Shown in pieces: positions 10,201 to 19,325 of a stretch of 64,000 nt of DNA; position 1 is the first letter of the stretch; each line of letters opens with the position of its first letter. Source of the stretch: a virus. The stretch spans positions 4,876-68,875 of IMG/VR virus record IMGVR_UViG_3300020185_000041; one strand, written 5' to 3'. The notes under the pieces are model-generated. The model was given only the letters and a program-made list of their open reading frames with translations, did not search any database and was not told where the DNA came from. Position numbers and translations under genes: made by a program.

Positions 10201-13200
10201 TATCGAGCGTGAAAATGCTGACCTGTTATCAACTACTGACATTAACGCGGCTGAGTTTGCCGAGTGGTATATGTCCGGAAAGCCTGAGTCGCAGATGGAA
10301 GATTTGCAACTTGTTCCGTCTTCCAAAAATAATCAGCAAGCTAAAGGTGGTTTAGGCGAAGGTTTTTTACCGTATGTATTCTTAGATTTCGCTCGAGCTA
10401 TGTACAAAAAACTAGGGCTCATAGGTATAGCTGCGGAAACTATGGAGCAAGCTCGCGAAGCTGAAAAAGCCGCGGCTAAGAGTGAAAAGGGTAAGTATAG
10501 CAATTTTAAATGGAATCTTGAACAAGGCGCACTTCTTGAAAACGGAAAGATCAATCCCAAACAAAAGATTTTCACTAAGCCTGCGGATCGCATGACCCCG
10601 GTTGGAATGGCGATTATCGCTAAGCCGATTGTACAAGCAGTAATCGATGCTCGTGGTGTAGATATTTACAATCAAATAGATAGGAGCGCTTCAGTTTTAT
10701 TGCAGCGAGATATCGATAGGGCTGAGCAAGAGGGTAGTCGCGAGAGTCTACAGGATGGAGCCTTTGTTGAACGGGGTGAGGAGATGCAAGAGCTTGGAGC
10801 TGTTACCCAAGATATTTTTAATCCTGACAGCGAGACTTTATCTCAAGAAGATGCTAAGAAAGGTGTAGTCTCCGCTGCGGAGAAAGCTCTAGATGAAAAT
10901 CCGGATGTTCTTAAAAATAAAGACTCAGTAAGCGACGAGCTGCTTGAAGAATTGTATTACTCAAGCACTTCTAACGACCTTACTAATGCGGCAGAAAAAG
11001 AGCTTCAACGACGAGGAATTAAAGCTTTGTATGTTGTTCGAGAAGAAACTGCAGACCAGCTCAATAAAATTCTCAACTCCGACGCCGGCACAGGTGTTTG
11101 GTATCGTGGTGATACTGCGGGGAGAACAAAAGGTCTTATAAATTTAGCCCCCAACTATGAAACTTCACTAGGTTATGCAAGGGGCGGTTATATGGACGAG
11201 GAGGCGTTTGACCTTGATGGTGATGCAATGAATGCCGAAGCCTCCAAAAATACAAAAGCATTCCGTCCGCAAATTAAGAAAACGTTAGACCTTATTAAGA
11301 GTGCCGAAGACAGAAAGGTTTTAGGGTCTTTGGATGATATGGGTTATCGTTGGGCTAAGTCAGCCATAAAGATGATACGAGATCTCGAGGAGTACCCTAA
11401 TTGGTGGGCGAATACAAAGCCCAATGCTCAAGAAGCGTGGGAAAAAGCCTTAATACCGCAGCTTAAAAAACTTGGCTACGACTCTATTTTGTTCAGAGAC
11501 GATTACCACGACACTTTAGCTGTCTTTGATGTTTCTCAGCTTAAACCAGTATCCCCCAAGACCCTCAACTCCGACGCCAAGATTTTAACCAGCGACGCAG
11601 ACCCAAATCTTGCGAAAGCAACCTTGCTTGGTCGGATCGCGGGCGATAGCGAGCTGATCAAAGAATTTAAGGAATGGGCCGGAGGTAAAAAGCAAAGCCT
11701 GAGCAAAGGTAGTCTTAAAATGGATCTGGTAGACCGTGCAGACCCGCTTAATCAATTAAACAAATTATTCCTTAAAGGATTTGAAGCTGTCGGACTGGAC
11801 AGTTCGAACCCGCTATATAAAGCATTAAATGTTTATGGTAAATACTACCAGTTCTTCGGCGAGGGTGATAACAGCGTAGAGCAAGCTAGACTTGAATATT
11901 ACGAGCCTATGATGGAGCTCATGCGCGAGTATAATGTCGACGAAAAGAAAATTGGGGAGTACCTAAACGCCCGGGCAGCCCCGAGTAGAAACTTACAAAT
12001 CGAAGCTAAAGCTTTGGAAGCTCTAAAGGAGATGGAAAAAGATCCAGAAGGCCCCAAAAGCGAGAAGTATAAAAAGATTGAGAAGTTTTTCTTTAATACG
12101 ACTGAAGATGGTAAACGTACAATCAAGCGAGACTCGGGAATTAGTACTGAGACTGCGCTCAAGGTTGTGGCTGAGATGGAGAAAGAGCCTAGGTTCGTAG
12201 AGTTCTTAGACAAGTTTCTTATAAAATATTATAAGATGAACAAGGAAGGTTTAACTACGCTTGCTAGCACAGGTATGATCGGCCAAGACACTGTTTCAAA
12301 AGAGGGTATAAATGAAGTTGAGGCTATGAGAAAAGCGATGTCCCGCTTTGATTTTAAAGGGGGTAAAGCTGATAAGTACGGTAATAAATATAAATCTAAA
12401 GTATCTGCACTTGAGGATAATTATTCTTACTCTCCACTCCAGGGATTCGAAGGAGAGACCGAGAATTTCTACGAGCAAGAAGCAGCCTGGGAAGAGTTTG
12501 GCGCAGGATCAAATGCAACAGGAAAAGGGTTTGATCAGAAGAAAAGCGATCTAATCCTACAAGGCGCTTTTGGTAGGTATAAGTCAGGCGCACCTGACCC
12601 ATCATTGACTTTAGGAAATTCTTTTAGGCAGCATATCTCTAGCGCCATTCTAGCTCAAAAAAATACAGTGGCTCAGAAATTTGGTATGGTTTACGGAATG
12701 ATGCGTGCCGTAATTTACGACAAAGACGGTAACGAACATTTCAATGCGAACCGGCTTACTGAAGAGGATAAGAATGATCCGATATACCAAGCATACGAAG
12801 AACTAATTAAATTAAAAGAGCCCGGTAATGAGACCGCTTTTAAAAACCTAAAATCTGAGTTCGACCAAATTTTTGACCCGAAAGGTTTTGAAGAATCTGA
12901 AACGGTGACCCAATACGAACTACATCAAACAGGAGAGATTGGAATTGTTCGCCGCGAGATGAGTCAAAAATTTAAGAATGATCCGACAGCGTTTACCTAT
13001 CGAAGAAACGGGATTCCCCAATTCATAAAATTCACAAGCAAAAGCGAAGGTCTTAGGATGGCGGATACAATGAAGAATTTAAGGTATGAGAATTTACCCC
13101 AGATCCTTCAGGGCTTTAATACAGTGACTCGTGGAATGGCCCAGATGTTTACCTCAGCCAATCCGGCTTTCATACTACCCAACTTCTTTCGAGATGTTGC

Positions 13201-14929
13201 AACTGCCGCGATTCATTTAGGTGAAGATGATAAAAAGGTTCTAATCAAAGACGCATTAAACTTTAAGAATCTTAGCGGTTTCATGAAAGAAATCTATAAG
13301 GTTGAACAAAAGATCCATAAAGGAATCAATCCGAACACTAAAGATAAAGAGATCATGAATCTCTTAGCATCTGGAGACCCGAAAAAGATACTAGCGTCCG
13401 GAAACCGTCAGGCCATGTTCCAATACTTTAAAGAGGCTGGTGGTAAGGTTGGATATTTTAGGCACGAATCTCTCCCTGAGAAGATTAAACAGATACAAAA
13501 AGATCTTAAAGGTAAGAAGGGATGGACAAAGAAAGGATGGAAAGGAATGTGGCAGACCATAGATTCTATGAACACTGCCGTGGAAAACTCCATCCGTGCA
13601 TCTACATTTTGGGCAGCGATTAAGGATGGAAGATCTACTGACGAAGCAGCTCACATCTCAAGAAATGTAACCGTCGACTTTAATCAAAAGGGCAACCTCA
13701 CACAGACCTTTGGCGCACTCTATGTATTCTTTGGTGCTTCGGTAAATTCCATGCATAGATTTTATAGGACCTTAAGTCGCAGGACTCCGGCCCAAAGAGC
13801 AGCTCTTATTGGTGGAATGGCCAGTGCTGCACTTATCGTAAATCTGTTTAATCGATTAATGGACGACGATGAGGACGAAGAGATTCCAGACTACGACACT
13901 ATTAGCACATATAAAAGAGATACTAATTTTATTCTTCCTGTACCCGCTGGTCTTCCTGACTTCTTTAACGACGAGAAAGATACTGGATACTTCAGTCTGC
14001 CACTTCCCTTAGGTTACAATTTATTTTGGACAATGGGTCAGGTCATGGGAGATATGGTCGCAAAGAATGTATTTAATAGGGGAGGGATGGGCTTCTTTGG
14101 TAGTGCTACTCGTGTACAAGAAAGTTTCTTAAATGCATTCAATCCCGTTGGCGGTGCTAGTTTAATAACAGCAGCATTTCCAACAGCCGTTACTCCTCTT
14201 GTTGAATTGTACGCGAATAAAAACTTCATGAATAAACCGATCCGCTATGCTGATCGTCCATTCGAAGTACCTAAACCCGCACATATGCAGGATCCTAGGA
14301 GTACACCGGATCACTGGACTAAACTATCCCGATCGATCAATGAATTCATGGGTGGTAGCGATGATGTAAAAGGTTCGCTCGCGGGCATGATGGGTAAAAA
14401 CCCATTATACTACAATTCTGACGAGGATATAGAATTTGATATCTCAGGTAATCAGATGAAACATTTACTTTACGGATATCTTGGTGGTCCTGGTCAGATA
14501 GCTGACACTCTATTTGGTGGTATGTTTTCTGCAGCCAAAGGAGATTTATCCGTGAAAAACATTGGTGACATCCCAGTAGCTAATCGTTTCATGCGAGCCA
14601 CGACCTACGGATCTGCGACCCGCAACTCATTTCTTAATCTGCGTGACGCTACCAAGAATGCCGAGAAGGTTATCAAGTCTGCAAAGATTATAGGACCGAA
14701 GGTTTATACCACCGCACTGAACGACAATAAAAAACTCTTACAACTATCATCGCAGATTAGTGCATTTGATAAACAGAAGAACAAGATGCGCAGACTGAAA
14801 AAACAGATCGAATCTTCTAAGGCGTTGTCTGATAACCAGAAAACGCAACGGGTGGACGAGTTGCAGAAGAAAGAGTTAACTCTTATGATTGCGGTCATAA
14901 AGAAAGCTCAGGCTCTCGGAATTTCATAA
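4289..14929 (+). CDS. Giant polyvalent (ejection) protein: Ala/Gly hydrophobic segment, zincin-like peptidase, NADAR-like domain, ADP-ribosyltransferase-like domain, LPD38-like C-terminus
   Basis: 3546 aa; HESGH...EEWF (about 6900-7130); FEVSS...FSAFNAKL..GKSIE..YQ..KG (9040-9370); WYRG...GYDSI...LAVFD (11095-11550); NFFRD, VDFNQKG, LYVFF, YFSLPLPLGY motifs typical of LPD38-ended proteins. Confidence 0.8.
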   Translation: MSMFDELDLGAKDYSGKGEGSGFEKFLSKPSPRPYQPFGGPMQQAYQPQPEPVDYSYGEAPVDQGPTFYDDLDAYEQLKNGHKQISQFSRENSKSAKRYEDLYGEFMDNEFKPFFESVGGFGDFESDDEYISAVDEIYKSNLKASQQEDGWLGASDEKTRALEGLKNFQQWDHPNGMRAKFLRLKAEKDKRREVADRAKDEEFKFFEQLTNISIPAREALDESLKSRNKAPGSAKKMNEMLDGMSWEQPIVGYDGEVQNLESVDPRAKINPAIGYDGQGNKSSKAQKERVAAAMRGDIKGVLSRRQHIAKGRQLRDKGFFFSESGLLDGRPIGMSRRDVDLLDIDDMRKAGMTSFQGKPLDQAMADLGGEERLEMAKVMQSVYSTKSNYEDAQLKFLKAAGGPKADKLRDAMEAAREDMQKTIGLAASYGLDNELFEQAETTGWLSAMGNAVQRGALMSEMSNYTPDFLTNTLDADEMQRFIEIASEIEKLPTSSTMKRVKETKSDGFLDAMGNLLFDNPAAIPEMFVESLSSFLPSTIKWLLPSAAAGAAAGTIVAPGAGTAAGAAIGARASWGVASFVLEASGMALEGMQELNIDWKNPKVFAAAWTNESIRSKIQKKMVQKGTPIAIADMLTGMMAGKVMGVVNHTGNAVFKGGKLLNKEAFNAANGAVPRFKLMQKTRNAAAELGADSFMGMSGEYLGQWASKEPGEDWDWDAIAAEGLVGVGPGAVGAALEMRGPRANYFGNAPIDITGETQTETGSTGTVNRAGYQANYQTFNDPESMMAHFEDVVPQGTTPEDQDRRAASLDFTRRWVTTMFKIRPEAMAGLKVVISDRTPDANLKNRGTFESRDGNNIIYLNEKEFAQDPMGAMLHESGHFARIMMLKDEELTKLWGGLKEGEQLDAYTQYYTKDYERSFEEHDEKTQKKIRRAFNKTDNEVLAEEWFSYQWARVLNSNYKPDKSVKGLEKFYSGLVRPLFAEFTGSEKAAGDKKGNEFMLDEQIRQFLEDGFTPSMQTEIDNAQAQRDALGALYEEGLPTQKESNRVGKARSKIPGQLQKKLKAMGLAPKKAAQMARTLNAMAGEKILSTDPSFYTNMERGSLKAAGADIEEGKPESEKRPENQDPMFIESAEGLANVESVTTFEKGRPKTYESKSDKESPRAQGSNRKQASRPGAEPYFASGRDYGRVKDKLEKVESKRDRPSAKKTLKKTKNLSKDTLKRQAESLEKKALNDRVRLAKKSGEVNRRKTAVQARDAEMKRLDLLLKNMSKSDRIKLGQAINAAKNAFPDIETLDRKLDAAMDELGPEASSGQIISRLLNLEELTELAPRSFTKEMRKLLQESRGKLASNEDIEDVSFEITDEILDIKEQLRTRVDEIDKQIASLQKGASQKPKAASQKPEAGETTVEAEIDALKNARKLVKTYLEAVAPEELSIEWKDIPAHAIFYASNGKKYSAEPMTLGQLADRRDGFKKGQLYYKNSKGELVEAKNESRTGQEILWDHISKFDIEQTGKTTDFGYTKDGELIKPRKYELILEAVKASAYFRKSAAPKKDGGVGADPMGVARFEKTGQGQSSPKGYARKDPQGFEVSSTANTNIGKAFSAFNAKLSDGKSIEYHYQVNVKGYPSIKAGKGKPPKDTSIDSYGEYKKLWERFAKENPKKIKALKKAAAGRVLTDRYATTEVNQARALYEILAEPSNREAQKGYPAGYQSNKGTNYAALIASRLGILNSMKPLSNDPSPSEILALKMANGRALELLGDPTETERDFNKAIYIALLEELGVEQSGMLSDPVLVEERDYAETEEYTRGALEKISNGTPVVAAIAGIPSTSKRQAFQRQVRDDDAASAQTEIVESKKMDRPDETNPVWEEYGKKGQEKAAPEIKRKGTSEVVLNINGLKVPSARAYKARRPDEDLDKPVPETEQHQSFTRGKVYETFDVVTSFAEGRTKREVAKFNKNRTNIQKSEELPTNPISIERENADLLSTTDINAAEFAEWYMSGKPESQMEDLQLVPSSKNNQQAKGGLGEGFLPYVFLDFARAMYKKLGLIGIAAETMEQAREAEKAAAKSEKGKYSNFKWNLEQGALLENGKINPKQKIFTKPADRMTPVGMAIIAKPIVQAVIDARGVDIYNQIDRSASVLLQRDIDRAEQEGSRESLQDGAFVERGEEMQELGAVTQDIFNPDSETLSQEDAKKGVVSAAEKALDENPDVLKNKDSVSDELLEELYYSSTSNDLTNAAEKELQRRGIKALYVVREETADQLNKILNSDAGTGVWYRGDTAGRTKGLINLAPNYETSLGYARGGYMDEEAFDLDGDAMNAEASKNTKAFRPQIKKTLDLIKSAEDRKVLGSLDDMGYRWAKSAIKMIRDLEEYPNWWANTKPNAQEAWEKALIPQLKKLGYDSILFRDDYHDTLAVFDVSQLKPVSPKTLNSDAKILTSDADPNLAKATLLGRIAGDSELIKEFKEWAGGKKQSLSKGSLKMDLVDRADPLNQLNKLFLKGFEAVGLDSSNPLYKALNVYGKYYQFFGEGDNSVEQARLEYYEPMMELMREYNVDEKKIGEYLNARAAPSRNLQIEAKALEALKEMEKDPEGPKSEKYKKIEKFFFNTTEDGKRTIKRDSGISTETALKVVAEMEKEPRFVEFLDKFLIKYYKMNKEGLTTLASTGMIGQDTVSKEGINEVEAMRKAMSRFDFKGGKADKYGNKYKSKVSALEDNYSYSPLQGFEGETENFYEQEAAWEEFGAGSNATGKGFDQKKSDLILQGAFGRYKSGAPDPSLTLGNSFRQHISSAILAQKNTVAQKFGMVYGMMRAVIYDKDGNEHFNANRLTEEDKNDPIYQAYEELIKLKEPGNETAFKNLKSEFDQIFDPKGFEESETVTQYELHQTGEIGIVRREMSQKFKNDPTAFTYRRNGIPQFIKFTSKSEGLRMADTMKNLRYENLPQILQGFNTVTRGMAQMFTSANPAFILPNFFRDVATAAIHLGEDDKKVLIKDALNFKNLSGFMKEIYKVEQKIHKGINPNTKDKEIMNLLASGDPKKILASGNRQAMFQYFKEAGGKVGYFRHESLPEKIKQIQKDLKGKKGWTKKGWKGMWQTIDSMNTAVENSIRASTFWAAIKDGRSTDEAAHISRNVTVDFNQKGNLTQTFGALYVFFGASVNSMHRFYRTLSRRTPAQRAALIGGMASAALIVNLFNRLMDDDEDEEIPDYDTISTYKRDTNFILPVPAGLPDFFNDEKDTGYFSLPLPLGYNLFWTMGQVMGDMVAKNVFNRGGMGFFGSATRVQESFLNAFNPVGGASLITAAFPTAVTPLVELYANKNFMNKPIRYADRPFEVPKPAHMQDPRSTPDHWTKLSRSINEFMGGSDDVKGSLAGMMGKNPLYYNSDEDIEFDISGNQMKHLLYGYLGGPGQIADTLFGGMFSAAKGDLSVKNIGDIPVANRFMRATTYGSATRNSFLNLRDATKNAEKVIKSAKIIGPKVYTTALNDNKKLLQLSSQISAFDKQKNKMRRLKKQIESSKALSDNQKTQRVDELQKKELTLMIAVIKKAQALGIS

Positions 14930-14935
14930 TAGTTC

Positions 14936-16963
14936 ATGAAGGAATCAAACCTTAAGTTAAACAAGAAACAGGAAGAAAAACTCGTCGAGTATACGCTCGA
15001 ACGGGTCAGACAACTTAAGGAGGATAACCGCGAACGTATTGAGACGGATAAGATCTCTTGGAAGACATATCATAACGATCGTACAGACCGTGTGTCATAC
15101 GATGGTATATTTAGTCACTCGAATCTTTCAGTACCCATGACTTCTCTTGTCGTAGATCATTTCATGGCACGGGCCGAGGATGAGATAACCGGGACGAGTC
15201 CCTACTTTAAATTCGAAGCCCAGGGAGCGAGCGACCTGGAAACTGCCGAGGGATACGACAAGTATTTCAACTGGAAGATTGAGGATCAAGCAAAGACACG
15301 CGAGCGTCTTGAAGAATCATATCTTCATTTATTTATCCAACGTGCATTAGTTCTTAAGTCTACATATCGCGAAGATATATCCGTGTGGTATGATTATGAG
15401 CGTAATGGCTTGTTCAATAATCAAACAGGTGCATTTGAAGAGATACCCGGCGAAGGACCAATCATTGAAGGAGAATCTCAATTCATTCCCGAAATCAATC
15501 CTTTGACCGGAGAAACAGAACTTCGACTTGCGACCGATCCAAGTTTCCAGATGATCCCTGGAGTTCATGAATTTCAACCCTTACCTCAAGGGGTTCCCAC
15601 CCAACAGGTAAAGTACAGAGGTCCAAGGTCGGAGGTCATAGACTCAGACCGTTTCCTTTGCCCGAGTACCGCAGAATCTGTGGACGAGGCTGACATCGTT
15701 GTAGAATTGTACGACAAAGATTTAAAATGGGTTCGTGACATGTTCATGAATCGGGACTGGATATCATTTCCTGATTATTTAAACCTCATGAAAAAGGATG
15801 CAAATCCAAGGTCGGAGACGCAGGAAAACGAGGAGAGAAAAGAAAACTTATCTTTTGATTCCGATGAAAATCCAGTCGTTCCAATTATTGAATGTTGGAT
15901 TAAACGAGATGTTCTTGGAACTGGAACACCTCAGGAATTTTGCATCTTTATAGATACCGAGACTGAAAAGCCTATCTATTATGAATATGTTGCGAAACTA
16001 ACTCCTGATAACAAAGTTCCATATACCGCAGTTTCCATCGGGAAAGAGCGGAACAAGTGGTGCGGCGACAGTTTGCCCGAAAGAATTCGTAGCTTCCAAG
16101 AATATGTAGACCGCCAATTTAATTCTCAGAGCTATCGTAATGAACTCGCTGCTAATCCGATCATTGGAATTAATGCTCAAGCTGTAGAGGACGAGCCTGA
16201 AGATGTTGAGCTCCATGCCGGAAAGATTTTTGAATTAAAGGATCAATATAGCATTGATGACTTTATAAACTTTGCCGCTGTCCCCAATGTCGATGTCCGA
16301 ACTCAAGACTTGATTGATTTTGTATTTGGAATTGTCCAGCTCTGGCTCGGAGTTTCTAATATGGCACAGGGAGATTATCAGGCATTAGCTCCTGCAAATA
16401 CAGCAACAGGAGTGGAAGCAACCCTTCGCGAGGCGTCTAAGATTGGTCGTCGTTGGATGCGTCGAATTGTTCGTGGTTTTGAAGAGCACTTGACCAAACT
16501 CGTTCAGGTAACAATGGCAACGATCGATGAGGAAGAAGTATTTGAATATATGGAAGGTGATGTTCGTGCCTTTGGCGTGATGTCCCCAGAAGCAATTCGT
16601 GATATCGGAATAAATGTTCGAGTCATGCTGTCTCAGGACCAAGGTCAACGGGCTATTGAAAAAGCCAATCTCGCATTGCAGACACAAGACAGATACTTCC
16701 AATCTCCTCCAGAGATGCGTCCTTTCATGCGTCCTATGCTTAAACGCATTCTTGATGCTATGGGATTCGAGAAGACCGATGAATTTTTACCTCCAGAAGC
16801 TCCTGCCGATCCAAAGAGCGAAGCAGAGATTGCCAAGATGCTTGGTGACAATGCCGCACAGGGAGAGGGTGGGGAAAGCCCAGCTCCAAGGGATGGCGTA
16901 TCCGCCGTCGCAAGTGGTATGGGTAATAGTAATCCCCAAGGAATGAATCAATATCAGCAATAA
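14936..16963 (+). CDS. Portal protein (podovirus-type)
   Basis: 675 aa; LGVSNMAQG...TATGV motif and helical architecture typical of P22/N4-like portals; lies in the head module. Confidence 0.82.
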   Translation: MKESNLKLNKKQEEKLVEYTLERVRQLKEDNRERIETDKISWKTYHNDRTDRVSYDGIFSHSNLSVPMTSLVVDHFMARAEDEITGTSPYFKFEAQGASDLETAEGYDKYFNWKIEDQAKTRERLEESYLHLFIQRALVLKSTYREDISVWYDYERNGLFNNQTGAFEEIPGEGPIIEGESQFIPEINPLTGETELRLATDPSFQMIPGVHEFQPLPQGVPTQQVKYRGPRSEVIDSDRFLCPSTAESVDEADIVVELYDKDLKWVRDMFMNRDWISFPDYLNLMKKDANPRSETQENEERKENLSFDSDENPVVPIIECWIKRDVLGTGTPQEFCIFIDTETEKPIYYEYVAKLTPDNKVPYTAVSIGKERNKWCGDSLPERIRSFQEYVDRQFNSQSYRNELAANPIIGINAQAVEDEPEDVELHAGKIFELKDQYSIDDFINFAAVPNVDVRTQDLIDFVFGIVQLWLGVSNMAQGDYQALAPANTATGVEATLREASKIGRRWMRRIVRGFEEHLTKLVQVTMATIDEEEVFEYMEGDVRAFGVMSPEAIRDIGINVRVMLSQDQGQRAIEKANLALQTQDRYFQSPPEMRPFMRPMLKRILDAMGFEKTDEFLPPEAPADPKSEAEIAKMLGDNAAQGEGGESPAPRDGVSAVASGMGNSNPQGMNQYQQ

Positions 16964-16969
16964 TTATTT

Positions 16970-17173
16970 ATGAGAAAGTACAAAAACGGAAAAACTAAGG
17001 AGCCTAGAATCGAGCAAACCCGTGCGATCGAGCGTAGAACTAGCGCTAACCACGAAACCGTCGAGCAACAGTTCGGATCAGGCTTCCCAAAATTTGGATC
17101 CTCTCTCGGAGTATCTTTTGATGGAGCTGTTGGAAAGATTTCCAAGACCAAGCGCGCTAAATCTGTAGGATGA
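16970..17173 (+). CDS. Small basic hypothetical protein
   Basis: 67-aa ORF; its stop overlaps the next ATG (ATGA). Confidence 0.6.
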   Translation: MRKYKNGKTKEPRIEQTRAIERRTSANHETVEQQFGSGFPKFGSSLGVSFDGAVGKISKTKRAKSVG

Positions 17174-17460
17174 GCGATCTTGTTGTCTTCGATCAACTCG
17201 CGGACATAAAAAAATTAACGGTCGATGAAGCTTTTATCCATCTTGAAAAACGCTTTCAAAAGGAGCGAGCAAGATACCTCTCCCGTATGCTTGATAAAGA
17301 TACGCAGCCGGAGGAAACTATCCAGATTAAATCGATCATTAACGCACTTGAGGGCTTATCGCCTCTGGCTCTTGCGGAGAAAGTATTAAAGATCGAGGCT
17401 AAGAATCGTAAGGTTAAACATCCTGAATTGTTCAAGACTAGACGCAACCCAACCGGTTGA
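17170..17460 (+). CDS. Hypothetical protein (post-portal small helical protein)
   Basis: 96-aa ORF, translationally coupled. Confidence 0.7.
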   Translation: MSDLVVFDQLADIKKLTVDEAFIHLEKRFQKERARYLSRMLDKDTQPEETIQIKSIINALEGLSPLALAEKVLKIEAKNRKVKHPELFKTRRNPTG

Positions 17461-17521
17461 TCGTTGTAACGCACAAACCTATTTTATCCTTATATAACCC
17501 AAACCTTAAAATATTTTTACT

Positions 17522-17854
17522 ATGGCTAATATAAATGTAACTTGGACCCCTGTAACAGGTTCAACCGATATCGATTCTTACGAAGTATATGTGTGTGACG
17601 GAACCTCCTCAGGTCATTTCGCCAACGCAGCCGCTCTTCAAACTAAGCTCGACGCGATTCAAGGCGGAGCATCCGTATCGTCTCAAGGACTTGAGCTTAT
17701 TGAAAGCATCACCGACCTTACCGCAACATCCACAGCTCATTCAATAACGGGTACTGGATCTTCGGTAAATTATCACTTCGGTATCGCAGCAAAAAACCAA
17801 GGCGGCTTTAAAGTTGAAGACGACACTGCTGTCTTCATGCTTCCCGTAACCTAA
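17522..17854 (+). CDS. Stand-alone fibronectin type III-like protein apparently lacking strand A
   Basis: Starts directly at a B-strand-like INVTW, then IDSYEVYV (C) and NYHFGIAAKNQGG (F strand, YxFxVxAxNxxG pattern). Confidence 0.7.
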   Translation: MANINVTWTPVTGSTDIDSYEVYVCDGTSSGHFANAAALQTKLDAIQGGASVSSQGLELIESITDLTATSTAHSITGTGSSVNYHFGIAAKNQGGFKVEDDTAVFMLPVT

Positions 17855-17867
17855 CACCCTTTGACCT

Positions 17868-18041
17868 ATGCCCCTCGTCTCAAGATGGGGCTCCAAGGTC
17901 ACTTCGGTACCTGCCCGCGAGCCCAAGGCCAACAGCCCGAAGCCAATAACTTTAACTGCTCGGCCTATACCCGTTGACCTAGAGTCAAAGGCCGAAAGCC
18001 TTGGGTCTTTGGTCGGCAGGCCTATCCCGAAAAAACCCTAA
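17868..18041 (+). CDS. Small Pro/Lys-rich hypothetical protein (57 aa, not in ORF track)
   Basis: ATG 17868 to TAA 18041 fills the gap between neighbouring genes. Confidence 0.55.
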   Translation: MPLVSRWGSKVTSVPAREPKANSPKPITLTARPIPVDLESKAESLGSLVGRPIPKKP

Positions 18042-18044
18042 ACC

Positions 18045-18959
18045 ATGAAGTACGGAAAGGCTGTAAAAAAAGCTAAGGCGGCACGCTCTGACCATCGAAA
18101 GGCCAAACTTCCATTGGTTACATCGAGAAGACCTAAGTTAGACCCTGCTAGTTTCGTAACTGTCGAACGCCAGCACGATCCGCTCGGTCGTTTTGGCGCA
18201 TCTTTGGGTACTATATTTTTTGATTCCGACGGTGATGGGTCTGAGGATACCTATGGTAGAAGAAGAAGGGTTGGATCTGTTGGTGGAGTATTAGAAGTTC
18301 CCACCTTTGGACCTATCGCTCCCCCGGTCTCTGGCCCAACCAATCTTTTAGCTGCCGAAATTCTTTCCGCTCCGGCCTCTGGCCCTAGCTCTTTAATCGC
18401 ATCGATTGTCGCCCCGGCTAATGGCCCGACTAGCTTAGATGCATCCGTCAATTCTCCAATTGCTGGCCCGACAGGATTAGGCGCCTCCGTTAATGCCCCG
18501 GCTAATGGCCCAACAGGCTTAAATGCATTTGAAGGAATTCCAGACGCACCTGTTTCCGGCCCAACGGGTTTAGGTGCATCCGTCATTGCTCCGGCTAACG
18601 GCCCAACGGGTTTAGGTGCATCCGTCATTGCTCCGGCTAATGGCCCGACAGGGCTAGGCGCATCCGAAGTGTTTACCGCGCCAGCTAACGGCCCGACGGG
18701 ATTAGGCGCATCCGTTAATGCTCCGGCCGAAGGTCCTACAGGGTTAGGCGCTGCTGAAGTGTTTACCGCTCCGGCTAGTGGCCCGACCGGTCTATCTGCG
18801 GCAAAGCTTACGCTTAATATTACTATCGAAGCGAATCAGGAAACCATCGTTGCTAAGACTACCGAGCCGGCCGGAACCATTGAATATGCTTCGGATGTCG
18901 GATATCTCTTTATATATGATGGAACCCAATGGCGCCATACTGACGGGGGTAACAGCTAA
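18045..18959 (+). CDS. Virion fibre-associated protein with 11 P-x-x-GP-T-G-L-x-A repeats and a C-terminal fibre attachment module
   Basis: Repeats at about 18320-18805; C-terminal GTIEYASDVGYLFIYDGTQW. Confidence 0.8.
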   Translation: MKYGKAVKKAKAARSDHRKAKLPLVTSRRPKLDPASFVTVERQHDPLGRFGASLGTIFFDSDGDGSEDTYGRRRRVGSVGGVLEVPTFGPIAPPVSGPTNLLAAEILSAPASGPSSLIASIVAPANGPTSLDASVNSPIAGPTGLGASVNAPANGPTGLNAFEGIPDAPVSGPTGLGASVIAPANGPTGLGASVIAPANGPTGLGASEVFTAPANGPTGLGASVNAPAEGPTGLGAAEVFTAPASGPTGLSAAKLTLNITIEANQETIVAKTTEPAGTIEYASDVGYLFIYDGTQWRHTDGGNS

Positions 18960-18966
18960 CTAAGCC

Positions 18967-19272
18967 GTGGGAGATATAAAAATATTTAATTCCGCTGGAG
19001 AGAACGATAACGAAAATACTATAACCTCTTCTGGATCGTCTGTCGGCCGAGTAAAAGATTTATATTTACTAAAATCTGAAATGGTTGAGCTTGAAGAAAA
19101 GGTTGTGACTAATACCACAAACGTGGAAAACATTACATCTGGCGCACCTGTAGAGATGGACACCTTGAAGGAAGTTGCTGACTCTCTGGACCTTGGATCA
19201 TTTTTAGATGCTTTGAACGGCCCAAAACCAGCCGCAGGCCCCTCAAATATTCAAGCAGTTCAAGTACCGTAA
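18967..19272 (+). CDS. Short fibre-like protein (GAPxxxDTLKEVA motif)
   Basis: GAPVEMDTLKEVADSL resembles a common tail-fibre motif; C-terminus PAAGPSNIQA is one copy of the repeat peptide. Confidence 0.65.
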   Translation: MGDIKIFNSAGENDNENTITSSGSSVGRVKDLYLLKSEMVELEEKVVTNTTNVENITSGAPVEMDTLKEVADSLDLGSFLDALNGPKPAAGPSNIQAVQVP

Positions 19273-19325
19273 AAAAGTTCATCCATCCGATTGAGAACTA
19301 TTAAATAACAAGGAATATATAGAAC

